DNA of 64,000 bases. It comes from the human T2T-CHM13v2.0 reference genome, Homo sapiens. The stretch lies in NCBI RefSeq assembly GCF_009914755.1, contig NC_060936.1. One strand, written 5' to 3'. The notes below the pieces were generated by a model. The model made no database searches. It had not been told where the DNA came from and saw nothing but the letters and a program-made list of their open reading frames with translations. Made by a program: the position numbers and the translations under genes. Shown piece by piece: positions 58,441 to 64,000 of the stretch. Position 1 is the stretch's first letter; each line of letters opens with the position of its first letter.

Positions 58441-59715
58441 TTACTCCAGATATCAAAGTTCATACATTTATTATAGAAGCAACATGTGGCTATAAAGACA
58501 GTAATGAAATACTGAGAATGAAGTTTGCCTGGCTGGAGCAATGAAATATAGCATGTCTTTAACATTTCTTAGAGAGCTACCATGGGAACAATCAATCTCC
58601 AACCCCCTCTCCCCGATGTTTCTTAAAAATAAGGAACACAACTCTAACAGGACACTTCATTCAAGAATATTTACACACAAAAAAGTTTTATCACTTTAAG
58701 AGTTATTGAACACACCGTGATTTTAAAACAAAGCTATGCTGAAATGCTGCATGTCCAGCTAAGCCCTCTCCCCAGCTAAGTGAGCGCACCATTTGCAGAG
58801 CTCACACAATTCAAATATGTGTCTCAGCAAAATTATAACTTACTACATCACAAAAATTCTGGGTCAGTGAAGAGGAGTCACTATGGAATGGGAAAAGTCC
58901 TTGAATGTCAGTATCTATGATGTATAGCGAAAGATTTCAGTGGAAAAACATAAAGACAAAAGACCCACAAACAAGAGGAAATAATTTTCAAATAAATGTG
59001 TCCCTTCTTAGCCAGGAGACATGATCAAGTCAAAATGGCAAACATCCACGAAGCACTGTTTTCTTTCCGCGCTGCAAAAACTCTCCTTCACAAATTACAT
59101 AAAATTTGCAATTACCAGGTATATCATTGAGAAGTTAACCGATGGAAAAAAATGCAAGTAGCTTAATGTTTATAGTAAGCTTTTTTTTTTTTTAAAGGCC
59201 AGATATCTATCAGATAATATGCCTCCTGAGAGGGCACACGAAAACCCAGGATAGAAAAGTAGGAAGAGACCATGAAAGGAATTAAGGTGAGGCAGCTAGA
59301 GAAAACTAAGGTAAGCTACAGTAAATATTCTTTCACATTCTGGAGCAGAAAGATGTCAGGTTTAGAATATACCAGTGAAGAGCTGAAAGGTAGAGTATGC
59401 CTTCTCTTCTCCTTCAGTCCACTCTGGCACATAAGTTTAACTTAAATCTGTATGTTAACTCGTAGTGACAGTCTACACTTTCACTCCTGTTAACAATCTA
59501 CACCCCCATGCGTACCATCTTCTAGTCAACAGAACAAAAAGTCATATCTGAGATCTAACAGGCACAAACAACAAAGTCTTCTGAAACAGTTTTGAACAAA
59601 CTATGGATTTTAACTGTGTGTGTGTGTGCTATAAAGACTGATCGCACTAAATCCATGTAGTTTTATTAAGAAAAGAAAACCAGCAAGTCTTACTAAAAGA
59701 TCATAAGCCACTTAC

Positions 59716-59778
59716 CAACTGGTCTGGATTAAGATGCTCTCCACTTTTCAGGCGATCCTTATAATCCTCCAGTTTGAG
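59716..59778 (-). CDS. CAPRIN2: Caprin-2 coding exon 2
   Basis: LKLEDYKDRLKSGEHLNPDQL; TTGTAG| ... TTG|GTAAGT. Confidence 0.96.
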
Positions 59779-60090
59779 CTACAAAAGAGAAACTTGTATC
59801 TACCATAGTCTGACATAAAATTCAGAAGCAAATAAAGTAAATGCCAGATCTTGTCTCTAGGAAACAAAGTCCTTGAAGTAAGCTATCAATCTGCAAGACT
59901 ATCATTTTACTATACGGCATGCAGCAACTGTAGATGAGTTCCAGTCAGGGGAGAAAAAATACACAGAATCACATGAGTCTGGAATTACAAAACCTAAGCA
60001 GTAATAAAACTATTTTCTCTTAATGACTCTATTAATAACTAGACTACTTAACCCATGGGGACTTACCTACTAAATCATGTGTCCCCAACA

Positions 60091-60320
60091 CAGTAGCTTC
60101 TCAACAGGGAACAATTTTGTCCCCCAAAGATACCTGGCAATATCTAGGGATATTTTTGGTTATCACAACTTGGGAGGGGGAAGGGAGGTGAAGAGTGCTA
60201 CCGGTATCTTGTGGTTAGAGGCCAGGGATGCTGCCAAACATCTTAAAATGCACAGGACAGCCCTTTACAACGAAGAATTATCCTGTACAAAATGTCAGTG
60301 GTGTAGAGGTTACGAAGTCC
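60091..60320. mobile_element. MER20 hAT-Charlie element
   Basis: TTCTCAAC...TTTTGTCCCCC...GAGGCCAGGGATGCTGCCAAACATCTTAAAATGCACAGGACAGCCC. Confidence 0.85.
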
Positions 60321-60496
60321 TACTCTAATCTCATGCTTAAACTATTAGTTCAGTTACCTGTTGAATTATGTGGCATTTTCCTAAAAAGAAACTCCTATTG
60401 GAAGTACAGAAACACCAAGAATTCTTTTCTATCATTAGAGTAGGCTCATCTTGAAGTTATTTTTCATATTATATTTGATACTTAAGGAAATTATGA

Positions 60497-60860
<364 letters not shown>

Positions 60861-61983
60861 CCCACTATGGTACTCTAAAAGCATTCTTTAGGTTCCTCCT
60901 GTATTGGCTTTAGTGGAAAAATTCTTTCCCAGAAGGTTGAAACAAAAGTACTCGTACTATCTGGTATTCAAAATTAAAGAGGTACTATAGGTAAGCTAGA
61001 GAGCATAAGCATACATATATGTAGTTCCTCCACCTGAGGGAGGCTCCGTCAATAGATCCTGCTTTGATCATTTATCACAGTGATGGGGAATTTGTGCTGA
61101 CCTGGCACACTCACCTTACCACACTTGTGATCAACTGCATACGTTAAAAAGATAAATGGTGAGAGCTACAGAGAAGCTACTAGCAACTTGCCCTTCTTTA
61201 CTTTCTTAGGTTAAAAAAAAAAAAAAAAAAGAGTCAACCAGACTCTAAAGAGTCTCTTCACACTCCTCCATTAAAAGCAACTTTAAGGTCTAACTAGGTC
61301 TTGGCACAAAAGTACTTAACAACACATAGGTCCAGATAGTCACTCAACCTCACCTGTCCAAAAGCAGAAGAGAAACGTAATACAGCAAAGCAACGTGCAG
61401 TCTGTTTCACAGGCTACATGACTCAGGAAATGAAGAAGGATTTAGATCTTTACAACAGCATTTTCTGTAGCTAGGCTTAACTCCTGGGTCTCTTTACAAG
61501 GCTGACTACCACGCTTTCACCTAGCAATCTTAAATCTTCACCTAACACCACAAAAGTAAGTGGTAAAACATTTTCTAGTTCTACTACGGTTAAACCTTCC
61601 AACGACTGCAGCAGTTATACTGCAATATCAACTGCTGCAGAAAGTCACAAGGAAAACAAGCTAAAAAATCAGCTATTAACACATCTATGAAAAGAAACAT
61701 TAATACTACATAAGGAATTAATCTCACCTAAAATAGCTAGCTCTTAAAGTATTTCAACAGCAGCATGCATAATGTAACTATGAAGAATATTTTTATTCCG
61801 TTGTTTTGACAAATGAAACAGAAAATGTTTAATATTTCCAACACGTAACCTGCTTGTTTAAAGCAGCTAAACCTAAGGTTAGTTAAATTTTTAGTAGAGA
61901 ACACCTATGAGCTCTGAAAGAAAAATGTCAGCTCCTTAATCTTTAAGATCATGCATCTACAGGACTGGAAGAAAAAAAGTTAC

Positions 61984-62403
61984 CTTCTTTTTCTCGATGT
62001 TTCTAATTTTGTGTTTAAGGCATATGAGTCCATTTTCAATATAGGTCTCATACGCTTGGGAAGAAGATGCAGCAGAACTCAGAGTAGACTGCAGGGGGCT
62101 CAAGGCCCGCTGGCTTTCCCCATGCTGACTGTGGTTCACTTGGGGCTTGGCTGACTTCATATTCCCCTCTCTTTCCTCCTCTGAATGGCCTGAAGGTGAC
62201 TGGTAACCAAAAGGGGATGAAAAGAGTTGCACCATTGAAACAGATGAGGCTGAAGGAGGTGGGGGAAAGTTAAGTATAAAATTAGGACTAGAGGGACACA
62301 GCCAGGCAATAACTTCCCTGGAAAGTCTAGACCACTCCCTTAAACTCTTTTCCACAGAAGTGAGCTCGAAACCCAATGATGCTTGAGATACTTGTACTTC
62401 CAT
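61984..62403 (-). CDS. CAPRIN2: Caprin-2 coding exon 1 (140 codons; downstream in-frame Met82 at 62160)
   Basis: MEVQVSQASLGFELTS...MKSAKPQ...YETYIENGLICLKHKIRNIEKKK; AAG|GTAACT. Confidence 0.93.
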
Positions 62404-62939
62404 CCTACTTTTAAAGTAATTAGTGCCGCTAGCCAATAAGGATAGCCTTTACATAGGCAAAATCTCCCAATACGGAGGATGTTTCCAGAAATTCGATTTT
62501 CCACATAGGGAGGAAGAACTGCAACGGCTTCAGAGCTCCTTTCTTCTCATGAGGGCAGATCACATTCTAAATAATTCCCATGGCCACGTGATGACACCAA
62601 AAGAATAAGCTTTCCACACCGGGACCTAAGGCTGAGCCACTCAAACCTCTTTACATGATCCCTCACCACCAGCCCTAACCTCAATCCTGAACGTTTGGAA
62701 GAAAATCCAAACTCACATTCTTTTATAGCTCTAAGTGAACCAGCAGCTTCTTGAACAAGAATGCTAACTTCCCCGATTGCTCTGGGGCCTACAAGGCAAT
62801 CCATCACTACTGGACATTTGCAGACAGGTACTCTCTCAACCTGCAGGAACCCCGCGTTTATTCTCAGTTGTTTGGTTTAGACTAGCCCAAAACCGCTTAC
62901 ACCCAACCAGTTTAAGAGCTCATTCTAGCGAGCCCTTCC

Positions 62940-64000
62940 CGTGCCCTAATCAGTGGCCCTTGCGCACTTACGTATCCGTCTCTCGACCTCCAAGCACCCG
63001 AGGTATCCCTTTCTCCCCCCTTAGGAGCATCCCCAAACCAAGGACAGAACAGGCCCCATGCACGCCAGCGCGCACCCCCTCAAGTCTCCGGGGGAGCCTG
63101 AGCGAAGAGCACCTCTCCCGAGCGGCCACGGAGAGCCCTGCAGGCACCGACCCCCACCCTTCCCACAGCCGCCCCGGGTACGCAGAAGCCGCTTCTGCAA
63201 GGCCCCGGGGGAGGCTGACCTGCGGAAAACGCACCGACCGCGGCCCTCGGGAGCCCCGCCCCGCCCCGGGGATGCCAAGCCGCCCCTCCACCTCGCCGCG
63301 GCGCCGGCCGCCCAGACCTGCCCACCCTCGCCGGGTCAGCCGCCTCCCTCCGCCGCGCCGACCGAGGCCGCCGCAGCCCGACTTCACCTCCCCAGGCAGC
63401 CGAGGCCGCCGCTGCCGCAGCCCGGGCCCGCCTTCCAAAGCCGGGGGGAGGCAGGAGCGCTGCGGAGGTGGACCGGCGCCACCCCGCACTCGCGTCTCCT
63501 CCTCCTGTCTCCTCCCTCTCCCCTCCCGGTCCTCGCCCGCGGCCTCTGCGGCGCCAGAGACCCAGCCGACTCAGCCGCTCGCGCCCAGGCCCGCCCACCG
63601 CGCCGCGCGTGGCTTTTGTAGGCCGCGCCCCGCCCCGGCCCGCTCCGCCCTCGGCCGCCCCGCCACCGCCTCCTTCCGGTGCTCCTTCCCGGCTGCAGCT
63701 GGCCGCCAGCGCTTGTCGGGTGTTAGTTCCGGGCCCAGCTTGGGCTGGTGGTAGGTCGGGAGAGGGCGCGGTCTCCCAGCCTTTGCGCAGATTGCGGGGC
63801 ACCAGGTGGGGCCGAGGCGACGCCGAACGCCGGCAGGCCGGAAACCGCGCAGCCCCGCTGGACCTCGCTGATTGCCGGCGGCACCGGTGGTTTCGCGACC
63901 TTGAACAGGTGACTCCAATAGCTCCAGGAGGGCAGCGAGCCCTTCGCGGAACTGCCAGATAAGCCATGCTTGAGGCTGTCGTAGCCTAGTGGGTAGTCGT
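62940..64000 (-). promoter_or_regulatory. CAPRIN2: CpG island: CAPRIN2 promoter and 5' UTR, with multiple GC boxes
   Basis: Very high GC/CpG; CCCCGCCCC (Sp1/KLF-type) motifs near 63255 and 63630. Confidence 0.88.

Noticed and set aside
62777-63967. Several long ORFs (up to 325 aa) on both strands
   Set aside because: They are Pro/Arg/Gly/Ala-rich, overlap in several frames and show no recognisable domain; this is expected from stop-codon scarcity in a CpG island.

Overview
Human (primate) genomic DNA, recognisable as the IPO8/CAPRIN2 locus. Both genes are on the minus strand in tandem. The window holds the complete CAPRIN2 coding region: 18 coding exons from 62403 down to 18566, all with GT-AG boundaries. 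They sum to 3384 nt, i.e. 1127 aa plus stop, with an N-terminal caprin homology region, a long low-complexity middle and a C-terminal C1q domain. CAPRIN2's CpG-island promoter is at about 62.9-64 kb. About 13.6 kb past its 3' end lie the CpG-island promoter, first exon and part of intron 1 of IPO8. The rest is ordinary interspersed repeat: about 17 Alus, L1, L2, MIR, Tigger1, MER2/MER8/MER5A/MER20, two solo ERV LTRs with intact target-site duplications, and a 42-nt 5S rRNA retro-fragment. I found no evidence of a new multi-gene system. The best leads are RNA-processing and protein-motif observations in CAPRIN2: a competing terminal-exon acceptor that would swap C1q for an NLS-like tail, a candidate poison exon, a Trp/TPK repeat array in exon 8, and an intronic hairpin. 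A duplicated module in the IPO8 promoter is also worth a look. Repeat subfamily names and boundaries are from recall and are approximate.
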